From positions 1 to 53,302 of the forward strand of contig JAZDGD010000010.1 of NCBI GenBank assembly GCA_043807255.1: a stretch of 53,302 nt of DNA, given 5' to 3'. A program made the translations under genes and the position numbers. The notes beneath the pieces were generated by a model, which was not told the origin of the DNA, made no database searches, and saw only the letters and a program-made list of their open reading frames with translations. This document shows positions 27,579 through 36,372 of the stretch, in pieces. The DNA is from Patescibacteria group bacterium (GTDB taxonomy: Bacteria > Patescibacteriota > Minisyncoccia > RBG-13-40-8-A). Numbering within the stretch: the first letter of the stretch is position 1; every line of letters begins with the position of its first letter.

Positions 27579-27609
27579 ATAATGCCCATACCAAGGGTAC
27601 GGGCATTAT
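27579..27609. promoter_or_regulatory. 31-nt palindrome upstream of the copper genes (candidate metal-sensor operator)
   Basis: ATAATGCCC-A-TACC-AAG-GGTA-C-GGGCATTAT lies 36 nt upstream of ATG 27543. Confidence 0.4.
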
Positions 27610-27635
27610 TTTAAGATAGTTATTTGGGTTTAATT

Positions 27636-28226
27636 TTAGAACATTATATCTTCTTCTGCGCGCTTGTAGTCGTGAATTTCTTCTGGTGAAAACCAAAATT
27701 CAATTTCGTGTTTTGCTTCTTCTGGCGTTTCTGATGCATGAATGAGATTTCTAATACCTCTCTTGCCTTTGTTCGCTGCAATTGGTGAATCAACTGAAAA
27801 ATCTCCCCTAATTGTTCCCATTTCAGCTAGCGCAGGAACTGTATTGCCAACCAATTTTCTTACCATGTCTATGGCGTGTATGCCCTTAATCACCATTTTA
27901 ACAACTGGGCCAGAGGTCATATAATCAATTAACCATCCCCTAACCATCTTGCCAATTTCTTCTGAACTATCTGTGCCAATTTCATCTTTAGCGTTGAAAC
28001 CATATTTATCATAAGTTGCTTTTGTTTTTTCGCCAATTCTTGTTATCCATTCAATGTTTTTTGGATAGTGGTCGTCAACCTGCTGTTTCGTTGGCCAGGC
28101 CATTTCCAAAGCAATAATTTTAAGTCCACGCCTTTCAATGCGCGAAACAACTTCTCCAACCAATCCCCTCTTTACTCCATCTGGTTTTATTAATACCAAT
28201 GTTTTTTCTTCTTTTGGTTCAATCAT
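27636..28226 (-). CDS. ndk: Nucleoside diphosphate kinase (long form with internal insertion)
   Basis: LVLIKPDGVKRGLVGEV, TIRGDF and NLIHASE (catalytic His). Confidence 0.88.
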   Translation of the reverse strand: MIEPKEEKTLVLIKPDGVKRGLVGEVVSRIERRGLKIIALEMAWPTKQQVDDHYPKNIEWITRIGEKTKATYDKYGFNAKDEIGTDSSEEIGKMVRGWLIDYMTSGPVVKMVIKGIHAIDMVRKLVGNTVPALAEMGTIRGDFSVDSPIAANKGKRGIRNLIHASETPEEAKHEIEFWFSPEEIHDYKRAEEDIMF

Positions 28227-28246
28227 GTTATTTATTTTAAATTATT

Positions 28247-28921
28247 TTAATTCTGAATGCAAATGTAGCGATATTTTTTAAATTGATCTTTGTAAATTTT
28301 ATAATTTGGATAATTTAATTCTTTTAACAATTTTTCTAAATCCATCTTTTGTAAACAATCAAACTCCATATATATTTTACCGCCCGGTTTTAAATATTTC
28401 CTCGCATCTTTTAAAAATTTTCTGATATATAGCAATCCGTCTTCTCCACCAAATAGGGCCAGATGTGGTTCATAATCAAGCACTGATTTTTGAATTAGGT
28501 GCTTGTTTTTTATCGATACGTATGGAGGATTGGCAAAAATATAGTTGTATCTTGTGCCCAATATTCGGTCCTTGAAGGACCGAAATATGTCCGATTGAAT
28601 TACTTTGTATTTGCGTGGGTTGATTTTATTTAATTTTAAGTTTAGCTGGATTTGTTTAATCAAATTTTTATCAATTTCTATAAAATCTACTTTTGAATTC
28701 TCGATATGTTTTAAAATTGAAATGCCAATACATCCAGAACCAGCAAACACGTCTAGCACGTTGACATCTCCAACAATTCCAGCGCTTCCAACATCTTGCA
28801 TTGTTTTTTTTATCCAAAATTCTGTTTCTTTTCTTGGAATTAGTGGCTTCATAGACAAATTAATTTTGCATCCAGCAAAATTAATATAATCTTTTTTATA
28901 TTCTTTTGGTATGTTATCCAT
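28247..28921 (-). CDS. prmC: Release-factor glutamine N5-methyltransferase (short form)
   Basis: VLDVFAGSGCIG SAM loop and NPPY. ATG 28921 is preferred over the GTG at 28960. Confidence 0.8.
   Translation of the reverse strand: MDNIPKEYKKDYINFAGCKINLSMKPLIPRKETEFWIKKTMQDVGSAGIVGDVNVLDVFAGSGCIGISILKHIENSKVDFIEIDKNLIKQIQLNLKLNKINPRKYKVIQSDIFRSFKDRILGTRYNYIFANPPYVSIKNKHLIQKSVLDYEPHLALFGGEDGLLYIRKFLKDARKYLKPGGKIYMEFDCLQKMDLEKLLKELNYPNYKIYKDQFKKYRYICIQN
28561..28588. repeat. 28-nt near-perfect palindrome inside prmC
   Basis: ATATTCGGTCCTT-GA-AAGGACCGAATAT gives a 13-bp stem and encodes IFRSFKDRIL just upstream of NPPY. Confidence 0.9.
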
Positions 28922-29495
28922 TAAAATTTTTACCAATAATAAATATTTCTCTGCTTTCACTGCGACTAGCCAATGGTTTGTAACGTTTTACGAAACTAAA
29001 ACTTTGTTCCATTTTTTTAAAAAATTCTTGTATCCCCTCGCCTTCAAATATTTTGCAAAGAAAATTGCCACCCTTATTTAAGCTGACTTTTGCAATTTCT
29101 AATGCCATTTCACATAATTCTATTGATCTTTGAACGTCCACAGAATGATCTCCGGAAGTGTTTGGTGCCATATCAGACATGATTACATTAAACTTTTTGG
29201 TAATTGAATTACCAAAATTTGATACATCCAATTTTAAAAATGTTGCATTAGAAGGAATTTCTGTTTTTAAATCTTCTAAATCAACCCCTGTTACTGCCCC
29301 CTTTTCTCCAATTTTTCGAGAAGCATACAGCAACCATGAGCCTGGAGCGCATCCCAAGTCCAAAACTTTATCATTTTTTTTAAATAAATTAAACTTTTCA
29401 TCAATTTGTTGAAGCTTGTAAACTGAACGAGCAGGATACTTATCCTGTTTCGCTTTTAATGTATAATATTCTTCTTTTAGGTCTTGTCTGTACAT
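28914..29495 (-). CDS. rlmE: 23S rRNA U2552 2'-O-methyltransferase (FtsJ/RlmE)
   Basis: RSVYKL, VLDLGCAPGSW and IMSDMAPNTSG. ATG 29495 is preferred over the TTG at 29522. Confidence 0.85.
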   Translation of the reverse strand: MYRQDLKEEYYTLKAKQDKYPARSVYKLQQIDEKFNLFKKNDKVLDLGCAPGSWLLYASRKIGEKGAVTGVDLEDLKTEIPSNATFLKLDVSNFGNSITKKFNVIMSDMAPNTSGDHSVDVQRSIELCEMALEIAKVSLNKGGNFLCKIFEGEGIQEFFKKMEQSFSFVKRYKPLASRSESREIFIIGKNFNG

Positions 29496-30280
29496 TTTAT
29501 TTTTCTCCAAGCCAAATAACAAATAATAATAACGATTATCAGCAACAAAAATAACAAATATTTGGAATATTTTTCAAAAAACCCCGGCTTATATGGCACG
29601 AAAATACCTTTTGGCATGGCAATGGAAACAGTAATGCCCTGATTTTTTTTCAGGGTTGTGGCACTATAAACTTGTAAAATATTATTAGTATACCAACCGT
29701 AACTTGCCAAACTATTGGTTTTTGCATTCAAATCTCCAGAATAAATAGAAATGGGGCTGTTTTCTTGTTTCGCCCCGCTGGGCAAAACAATTTCCGTAAA
29801 AGTACTATCAATTTCTAAATCCCAAAAAGCTCCGACAACATTCCAATACAATTCATCAAATTCAGGATTATCAAAACGAATTGTATTTTCAACTCGATAA
29901 ATTATTTTGTAATTATTTACACCGATAACGGTTCTGTTCGCATCACCAATCTTCCAGGTTACCGTGTTATTTTGTTTGGTTGTAGAATATTTATATGGCG
30001 TGCCATTAAAATCAGTAATACTAATTAATTTTACAGAGATAGAAATCGTTTTTCCCGAAGTTTTAATTTGTAATGGCAATGTTCTAAATATGCCATGCTT
30101 ATCTGGCAAGTTTCCGCAGTCGGCAGTAATATATTCTGTGATTAAAAGCGAAGAATCAGTATTTACAATGATTTCTGTTTTTAGATTTTTAACATACCAA
30201 TCATTAACCACGTCTCGAGCAAAAGACGTCGGCACAAATAAAAATAAACCAATAAAAAATATAAAAATAAATTTTCTCAT
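29477..30280 (-). CDS. DUF2207-like secreted/membrane protein (short form)
   Basis: Signal peptide, the N-terminal DUF2207 pattern (WYVKNLKTEIIVNTDSSLLITEYI...GIFRTLP), and a C-terminal TM. Confidence 0.6.
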   Translation of the reverse strand: MRKFIFIFFIGLFLFVPTSFARDVVNDWYVKNLKTEIIVNTDSSLLITEYITADCGNLPDKHGIFRTLPLQIKTSGKTISISVKLISITDFNGTPYKYSTTKQNNTVTWKIGDANRTVIGVNNYKIIYRVENTIRFDNPEFDELYWNVVGAFWDLEIDSTFTEIVLPSGAKQENSPISIYSGDLNAKTNSLASYGWYTNNILQVYSATTLKKNQGITVSIAMPKGIFVPYKPGFFEKYSKYLLFLLLIIVIIICYLAWRKIKCTDKT

Positions 30281-30303
30281 ATTTATAACCCGTTTGACGG
30301 GTT

Positions 30304-31326
30304 TTAGTCCTTTCTTTCAATTGCAAAATCAATAATTTTTTGGATTAAATCAGCATAAGTCATGTTTGCTGCTCTTGCCGAAGTGGCAATGTCAAATTCT
30401 TCAGAAACATCGGGATTGGGATTAATTTCAAGGGCATAAAGTTTTTTTTCTTTTTCGTCGTATCTAAAATCTATTCGCGCATATCCCCTGCAACCAAAAA
30501 TCTTATAACATTTTCTTGCAGTATCTTCTATTAATTTAATTGTTTTTTCATCTATATTTAGTGCTGGGCAAATTATTGGAGTGTGTTTATATGCCATACT
30601 TTGTTTTATCCATTTTGCTCGATAAGAAACGATTTTTGGTAAATGTTCTGGCATGCCAGCAAAATCAATCTCTGCAACAGGTAAAGCAATCGGTCTTTTG
30701 TTGCCAATTAAAGAAACTGTAAATTCTCTACCATCGATAAATTCTTCAACTAAGGCCTCTTGTTTATAAAAATTTACAATATGGGCAATTTCTTCCTTTA
30801 ATTGTTCTTCGTTTATAACCACAGATCGTTCCCTTATGCCAACGCTTCCATCTTCACGAATCGGTTTAACAATTAAGGGGTATTTTAATCCTGGATCAAC
30901 TTTTCTGTCAGCAGCTGCAAAAACTTGAAACTTAGGAGTTAAAACCCCGTTATAAGTTAAAATATCTTTTGCTCTGGCTTTGTTTTGACATAAAGCAATC
31001 GTGAAATAATTGTTCCCAGTATAAGGAACATTTAAAATATCAAACATTGCTGCAACGTGTGGCTCTAGATTATAATCACCACGAAAACCATCGTCACATA
31101 GATTAAAAACAACATCTGGTTTTTCAGCGCGAATTTGATAATAACTATCTTCGCTTAAAGAATAAATTTTTACATCATGATTCGGCAATGCTCTTTTAAT
31201 TGATAATGCGTCTTTAATGTTTTCTCTGCCATATCCGCCAGAGGCATCGGCTGTCTTACCGTTCATTTGTTTTGTGTTGGCGTCTTCAGCCGAACTTAGA
31301 TTTCTTGTCAAAATTAATACTCTCAT
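30304..31326 (-). CDS. ATP-grasp ligase of the D-Ala-D-Ala ligase-like family
   Basis: VVFNLCDDG...EPHVAAMFDILNVPYTGN, LIVKPIREDGSVGI and ALEINPNPD. Confidence 0.75.
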   Translation of the reverse strand: MRVLILTRNLSSAEDANTKQMNGKTADASGGYGRENIKDALSIKRALPNHDVKIYSLSEDSYYQIRAEKPDVVFNLCDDGFRGDYNLEPHVAAMFDILNVPYTGNNYFTIALCQNKARAKDILTYNGVLTPKFQVFAAADRKVDPGLKYPLIVKPIREDGSVGIRERSVVINEEQLKEEIAHIVNFYKQEALVEEFIDGREFTVSLIGNKRPIALPVAEIDFAGMPEHLPKIVSYRAKWIKQSMAYKHTPIICPALNIDEKTIKLIEDTARKCYKIFGCRGYARIDFRYDEKEKKLYALEINPNPDVSEEFDIATSARAANMTYADLIQKIIDFAIERKD

Positions 31327-31335
31327 AAAAATTAC

Positions 31336-31515
31336 TTAAATTTCTGGAAAGAAATCAGACGATAATTCGGTACCAATATTGAAAGTGTCCAAATTCATAT
31401 CTTCCAATCCAGAATCGGAAGATATTTTAATGTCTGATGCTTTTTTGTTAAGAATTAAAAAGTATCCTGCAATAATAATTATTAATAAAATTATAACTAT
31501 AATAATTTTTTTCAT
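31336..31515 (-). CDS. 59-aa membrane-anchored peptide with an acidic Ser/Thr-rich tail
   Basis: The ATG overlaps the upstream stop (ATGA). Sequence MKKIIIVIILLIIIIAGYFLILNKKASDIKISSDSGLEDMNLDTFNIGTELSSDFFPEI. It ends 10 nt before the ATP-grasp start and is below the ORF-track cutoff. Confidence 0.5.
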   Translation of the reverse strand: MKKIIIVIILLIIIIAGYFLILNKKASDIKISSDSGLEDMNLDTFNIGTELSSDFFPEI

Positions 31516-32189
31516 TGTTGATTTTCAATTAATTTTGTTTTAATTTCTTCTCTAATTGTGTCCCACTCTGTTTTAAGTTCGGAAATTGATAAGTTTAAGT
31601 TTTCTTCATCACTATTATTTAATGCTTCTTGAATTTGAGACCCGATTTTATCACGTAATGCTTGAAGTTTTTTGATAAATGCATTAGCGTCTTGTTGATT
31701 CAGCAATGTTCTGATTTTGTCAGTATTGTTTTTAATCTTTTCGTCTAACGTTTTTAAAATTAATTCTTTGCGTTTTTGAAATGCTTGTTTTTGATAAATT
31801 AAATAATCATTTTCTTTTTGAGGGATTGCTCGATTAATAGATTTTTTAATTTCTTGTTTTTGTTCTTTATCTAATTTATTCAAATTGTTTTTGATTTCCT
31901 GATAATAATTTAATAAATTGTTTATTGCTTGTTTTGATTCATTGTTATCAATTGAACTACAAATTGCATTAAGTTTCGATTGAATTTCTGATTTGTAAGT
32001 TTCAGCATTTGATATTTTTAAATCAATTAAAACATCTAATGCAATTAAAAAATTTTTACTTTTCCATTTAGTCATTAGGCAGTGTATTCCATTGACGTCT
32101 TTTTCTGAAGCAACCACAAAAAAACCAACAGATAAAAAAATCGTAGTCAAAATTACTATAAGTAAAATTTTTATGGCATTTTTTTTCAT
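31512..32189 (-). CDS. Membrane-anchored coiled-coil protein, unknown function
   Basis: N-terminal TM or signal sequence, then a K/E/Q-rich helical sequence. Confidence 0.6.
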   Translation of the reverse strand: MKKNAIKILLIVILTTIFLSVGFFVVASEKDVNGIHCLMTKWKSKNFLIALDVLIDLKISNAETYKSEIQSKLNAICSSIDNNESKQAINNLLNYYQEIKNNLNKLDKEQKQEIKKSINRAIPQKENDYLIYQKQAFQKRKELILKTLDEKIKNNTDKIRTLLNQQDANAFIKKLQALRDKIGSQIQEALNNSDEENLNLSISELKTEWDTIREEIKTKLIENQQ

Positions 32190-32773
32190 TGTTCTTCTTC
32201 GATTTTCTTGTTACCAATTTTTGTAAGAAAATGTGTTATTATCCAAAAAAGTATAATTCCAAACAACAAACCAATTTCTCCATACTTAATATATTTTTTT
32301 AATAAGTCAAAAGAAACGAAGGAAAAATACGCCAATCCACCAATTACGCTAGTCCAAAAAACAGCAGCACAAAACATGGTTATAATATATTTTTTAAAAG
32401 GAAGTTTTGTTGCTCCAGCCCTCAATAAAACAGCATGATGAATGCCATAGGTAAATTTAGTTATACAAAGCGTGCTTATTGGTCTTATTGCTAATCTCTT
32501 GTCTAGTGGTTTGGTTATTTTGGCTGCTATTTTTCTAAAGAATCCCGATCTTTTTTCTAAATGTTCTCCTAATTTATACCAAATTATGTCTCCGAAAATA
32601 ACTCCAATAATAGCCACTGCAATTAATGTCCAGACATTTAAATCGCCCAAACTCGCCAAATAAAAAGCAGTGAAAAGAATTGCGTCCCCCTCAACAAACA
32701 TACCAATAAAAATCAGGACATAAATCCACCCGCCAAGTAATGTTATATAGTGAAGAAAAAGTGTTTCTATCAT
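32186..32773 (-). CDS. DedA/VTT-family membrane protein
   Basis: GMFVEGDAILF and FGDIIWYKLG motifs in a 195-aa multi-TM protein. Confidence 0.8.
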   Translation of the reverse strand: MIETLFLHYITLLGGWIYVLIFIGMFVEGDAILFTAFYLASLGDLNVWTLIAVAIIGVIFGDIIWYKLGEHLEKRSGFFRKIAAKITKPLDKRLAIRPISTLCITKFTYGIHHAVLLRAGATKLPFKKYIITMFCAAVFWTSVIGGLAYFSFVSFDLLKKYIKYGEIGLLFGIILFWIITHFLTKIGNKKIEEEQ

Positions 32774-35101
32774 TTATTCCAATGCTTTTAATATTTTTTT
32801 CTTGAGGCCTTGTGGGTCGAATTCTGCGTATTCATAGACTTCTGCGGTTGTGCCTGATTTTAAGAATTTATTAATGCCAATTATTTTCTTTTCATAATCT
32901 TTTGGTAAGGCAAATGCATTTAAGAATCCTGGCCAACCATTATGAAGGGTAATTACAACTTCTCTATCTTTATCAGAAAATATTGAATTTGCTTTTTCTG
33001 AATCGGTTTGTCTTAATTCTTCAAACAATTCTGGCGAAGTTACAGCAAGAATTTTTACATCATAATTTTCTTCCAAATCTGGTAAAATCTCTAAAACGTT
33101 TGCTAAAACTTGTCCACCAGAAATTGCTAAACAGGTTTTCTTTTTTCCATTTTCGGAATAATTTTTAAATACATAGGCGCCATTTATTGCTTCCTTTGCC
33201 TCTGGAACTGTAAATCCTGAGCCCGTCGAAGGACCCCTTTTAAATACTGGCGTATTCGGTCGCATTACTGACAAAGCAATTGGTTCGCCTTTTTGCATCG
33301 CATAAAACAACATTTCAATTGTTTCGTTAGCATCAAGTGGTTTATAAACCTTAATTCCCGGATAAGCCATAAATAATGACATCCAAAACATTCCATGATG
33401 CGTTGGACCATCTTCTCCTGTTTCTGGGCCATCGTGTGCAGCTAACATTATATAAAATCCATTAAAATTGGGATTAGTATGATTATGAATTAACGACATT
33501 CTTACGGAATTGGCCATAATCGATGTAAACACTCCATAAGTCGCAAAAACACTCATCGCCTTAAATCCTCCAGGCAAAATGTCTTGCGTTAAAGACGTAG
33601 ACATCATTGCCATGTTTTGTTCAGCAATACCAAATCTAATTCCTCTCCCCAATGGATTTTCCTGATTTATAATTCCATAAACATTTTCTGCAGTACTAGT
33701 TAAAATTGATTTTGCTAAATCCCCTGACCCCAAATAGAAGAATGCCGTTTGTGACATCATCCATTTAAAAAATGCTTCTGTCGCTTTTCTCGTTGCAATT
33801 GGTTTGCCCTGCTCAAAAACTAATTCTGCTGGCAATGTTTCTGGTCGTTTTATGTTTTGGTAATCAATCATCGGCCTATCTCCTAATGATTTTTTCATCT
33901 GGCTTAATAATTCTTGTTCTGATTTTTGTTTTTTTGCACCAATTTCTAATCGTTCAATTAAATATTCAACAAATTCATTAGTTAGCTTTGATAAAACAAC
34001 ATCAATATCTTTTATTTGCTCACCTTCAATGCCAGGAATTTCAAATCCTAATTTCTTCATCACTTGCACATATTCTTCATGCGACAATGGCATACCATGC
34101 GAATCAGCAGTGTCATTAAGTTTTCCGTAATCCTTGCCCTTAATTGTGTGTGCAATGATTACAGTTGCTCGTTTATTATCGAATCCTTGAAATGCTTTTT
34201 TGTAAGCATAAATTAATTCTGTAACATTATGCCCATTAACCTCAATAACATTCCACCCCGCACCAAACCAGTGATTTATGTATGGAGAATTAATTACTTC
34301 TGTTGTTGGTCCATCAATACCAAATTTATTTAAATCCAAACTAACAACAATATTGTTCATACCCAATGATTGAATTAGATTTCTTGCCTCATAAGATATT
34401 CCTTCTTCGGTTTCGGCGTCTCCAGCTAAAACAAAAACTTTTGCATCTAATCCGTTTGATTTCTGTAATGTTGCCAATCCTAATGCCGCAGATAATCCGT
34501 GTCCAGAGGAACCAGTAGAGATGTCGGACAAGGGATAATTTGATTCAACATGACCGCTGGGACCGTTACAATGTCTAAATTTAACCAAGCAAGCAGGATA
34601 AAATGCTTCTAATTTTTCAATATCAAATTTTTCTCCTTTTCTTTTTAACGACTCATATATTAAAGATAAAATTGAATGAAATAATGGCGTGCAATGACCT
34701 GCCGCCCAAACAATTCTATCTCTGCCGGGATGATTTGGATTTAGTGGATCAAAAACGAAATCACCGGACAAAAGTAAGGATAAAATTTGTTCTACCTTTG
34801 AAGACGACCCACCAGGATGTCCAGATTTTATACTGTCGATTGCGCAAAATGCCATCGCTCTTAATATTTTCGCCAATTCGCTTGTTTTTTCTAAATCAAT
34901 TCCTTCAATTGGTTTTAAATTTAAATCTTGTAAATTAATATAGTTTCCACCCTCAGCTAAATATTTAAATCTCTTGGGTTCTTTTTTAATTAAAGAATCT
35001 AATTCCTTTTTATCTAAAATATTATAACCGGAGCCCCGTACCTTCGACAAAGTCGAAGCGTCGGGGTTGTTTTTTTTGATTGTGATTTTTTTAATTACCA
35101 T
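32774..35101 (-). CDS. tkt: Transketolase with an N-terminal extension of about 100 aa
   Basis: SGHPGGSSS, GDAETEEG, and pyrimidine-binding and C-terminal domains. At 775 aa it is longer than typical. Confidence 0.88.
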   Translation of the reverse strand: MVIKKITIKKNNPDASTLSKVRGSGYNILDKKELDSLIKKEPKRFKYLAEGGNYINLQDLNLKPIEGIDLEKTSELAKILRAMAFCAIDSIKSGHPGGSSSKVEQILSLLLSGDFVFDPLNPNHPGRDRIVWAAGHCTPLFHSILSLIYESLKRKGEKFDIEKLEAFYPACLVKFRHCNGPSGHVESNYPLSDISTGSSGHGLSAALGLATLQKSNGLDAKVFVLAGDAETEEGISYEARNLIQSLGMNNIVVSLDLNKFGIDGPTTEVINSPYINHWFGAGWNVIEVNGHNVTELIYAYKKAFQGFDNKRATVIIAHTIKGKDYGKLNDTADSHGMPLSHEEYVQVMKKLGFEIPGIEGEQIKDIDVVLSKLTNEFVEYLIERLEIGAKKQKSEQELLSQMKKSLGDRPMIDYQNIKRPETLPAELVFEQGKPIATRKATEAFFKWMMSQTAFFYLGSGDLAKSILTSTAENVYGIINQENPLGRGIRFGIAEQNMAMMSTSLTQDILPGGFKAMSVFATYGVFTSIMANSVRMSLIHNHTNPNFNGFYIMLAAHDGPETGEDGPTHHGMFWMSLFMAYPGIKVYKPLDANETIEMLFYAMQKGEPIALSVMRPNTPVFKRGPSTGSGFTVPEAKEAINGAYVFKNYSENGKKKTCLAISGGQVLANVLEILPDLEENYDVKILAVTSPELFEELRQTDSEKANSIFSDKDREVVITLHNGWPGFLNAFALPKDYEKKIIGINKFLKSGTTAEVYEYAEFDPQGLKKKILKALE
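35034..35066. repeat. GC hairpin inside the tkt N-terminal extension
   Basis: CCCCG-TAC-CTTCGAC-AAA-GTCGAAG-CGT-CGGGG encodes PDASTLSKVRGS. Confidence 0.85.
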
Positions 35102-35107
35102 ATGTTT

Positions 35108-36043
35108 TTATTTTTTACTTAACACCTCTAACATGTCTTTGGTCATGCTTGTTAAGTCATATTGTGGTTTCCATCCCCACTCTTTTTTGGCAATAGAATC
35201 ATCAATTGATTTTGGCCAGGAATCGGCAATTTTTTGACGAAAATCTGGCTTATATTCACATACGAATTCAGGAATATGTTTTTTAATTTCTTCCGCTAAT
35301 TCCCCTGCTGAAAAACTCATTGCAGAAAGATTGAAATCAGTGTGGTGTTCAAGAGAAGAAAAATCTGCCTCCATTAAATCTATAATCGATTTTAAACAAT
35401 CAGGCATATACATCATCGGAAGAACCGTATCTTCTTGCAAAAAACAAGTGTATTTTTTATTTTTTACTGCGGCAAAGAAAATTTCTACTGCATAATCAGT
35501 TGTGCCTCCTCCTGGCAATGTTTTATGGCTAATAATGCCAGGAAATCTACATCCTCGAACATCAAGATTAAATTTTTTTACATAATAATCACCAAGAAGT
35601 TCGCCAGCTACCTTGGTTAGGCCATACATTGTTTTTGGGCGCAAAATAGTTTCTTGCGGAGTATTGTCGCGAGGAGTTTCTGGTCCAAAAGCAGCAATAG
35701 AGCTTGGAATAAAAATTTTATTTATTTTATATTCGCGCGCAACTTCAAGAATATTATATGTTCCATTAATATTAACGTCCCAAGCAAGGGCAGGATTTTC
35801 TTCTCCTTTTGCTGAAAGTATGGCCGCTAAATGGTAAATTGTATCAATGTTATATTTTTTAACTGCCATCTCAATGCTTTCTTTTTTAACTACATCAACA
35901 ATCTCAAAAATACCAGTATTATCTTTTTTAATAATGTCAGTTGCTATAACATTGTCATCGCCGTATTTCTCTCTTAGAATCGGAATTAATTCGGAACCAA
36001 TCTGTCCCGACGCACCTGTTACCATAATTTTTTTGATTATCAT
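35108..36043 (-). CDS. NAD-dependent epimerase/dehydratase family SDR (L-threonine 3-dehydrogenase-like)
   Basis: VTGASGQIGSEL...YGDDNVIATDI and the catalytic YGLTK. Confidence 0.75.
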   Translation of the reverse strand: MIIKKIMVTGASGQIGSELIPILREKYGDDNVIATDIIKKDNTGIFEIVDVVKKESIEMAVKKYNIDTIYHLAAILSAKGEENPALAWDVNINGTYNILEVAREYKINKIFIPSSIAAFGPETPRDNTPQETILRPKTMYGLTKVAGELLGDYYVKKFNLDVRGCRFPGIISHKTLPGGGTTDYAVEIFFAAVKNKKYTCFLQEDTVLPMMYMPDCLKSIIDLMEADFSSLEHHTDFNLSAMSFSAGELAEEIKKHIPEFVCEYKPDFRQKIADSWPKSIDDSIAKKEWGWKPQYDLTSMTKDMLEVLSKK

Positions 36044-36054
36044 GTTTATATTTT

Positions 36055-36108
36055 GAGGTTAAACCTCCTTAAATTATTTATTTTTTAATATCGGGAGGTT
36101 TAACCTCC
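36055..36108. repeat. Double-hairpin module GAGGTTAAACCTC-N26-GGAGGTTTAACCTCC, ending 11 nt upstream of the SDR start
   Basis: Palindromes at 36055-67 and 36094-108. The spacer shares ATATTAAAAAATAA with the module at 23112-23161. Confidence 0.9.
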
Positions 36109-36139
36109 GCACATTTTTTATTATAACAGAATAAAAATT

Positions 36140-36172
36140 AAAATAAAAATAAAAGGGGCGGTTTCCCACCCC
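36140..36172 (-). terminator. Terminator of the zinc-ribbon gene
   Basis: On the minus strand, GGGGUGG-GAAA-CCGCCCC is followed by UUUUAUUUUU. Confidence 0.75.
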
Positions 36173-36189
36173 GGCGAATTCGCACGACA

Positions 36190-36372
36190 CTACCTGATTA
36201 TTACAATCAGGTTGCATGTCTCACACTTGTGCCCGTGTCTGACCACCGGACCGTTCGCTTCTGCATGGAGTTCCATCGTCTTGCCACATTCCGGACATTT
36301 GGGATATGTTACAAAAAAGTACTTCAATCCCCTCAAAGAACCAAAAGAAATCGTTCTGCTCGCCTTTTCCAT
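36190..36372 (-). CDS. 60-aa zinc-ribbon protein in a GC-rich islet
   Basis: CPECG...CETC four-Cys pattern and SD AAGGAGA 7 nt upstream. The last 7 codons lie in the hairpin ACCTGATT/AATCAGGT. Confidence 0.6.
   Translation of the reverse strand: MEKASRTISFGSLRGLKYFFVTYPKCPECGKTMELHAEANGPVVRHGHKCETCNLIVIIR

Noticed and set aside
26152-27696. Full 514-aa ORF for the HMA/cupredoxin membrane protein, overlapping ndk by 61 nt.
   Set aside because: The first 51 residues are basic and low-complexity and overlap ndk. The HMA fold starts right after the internal ATG at 27543, which is preceded by the intergenic palindrome.
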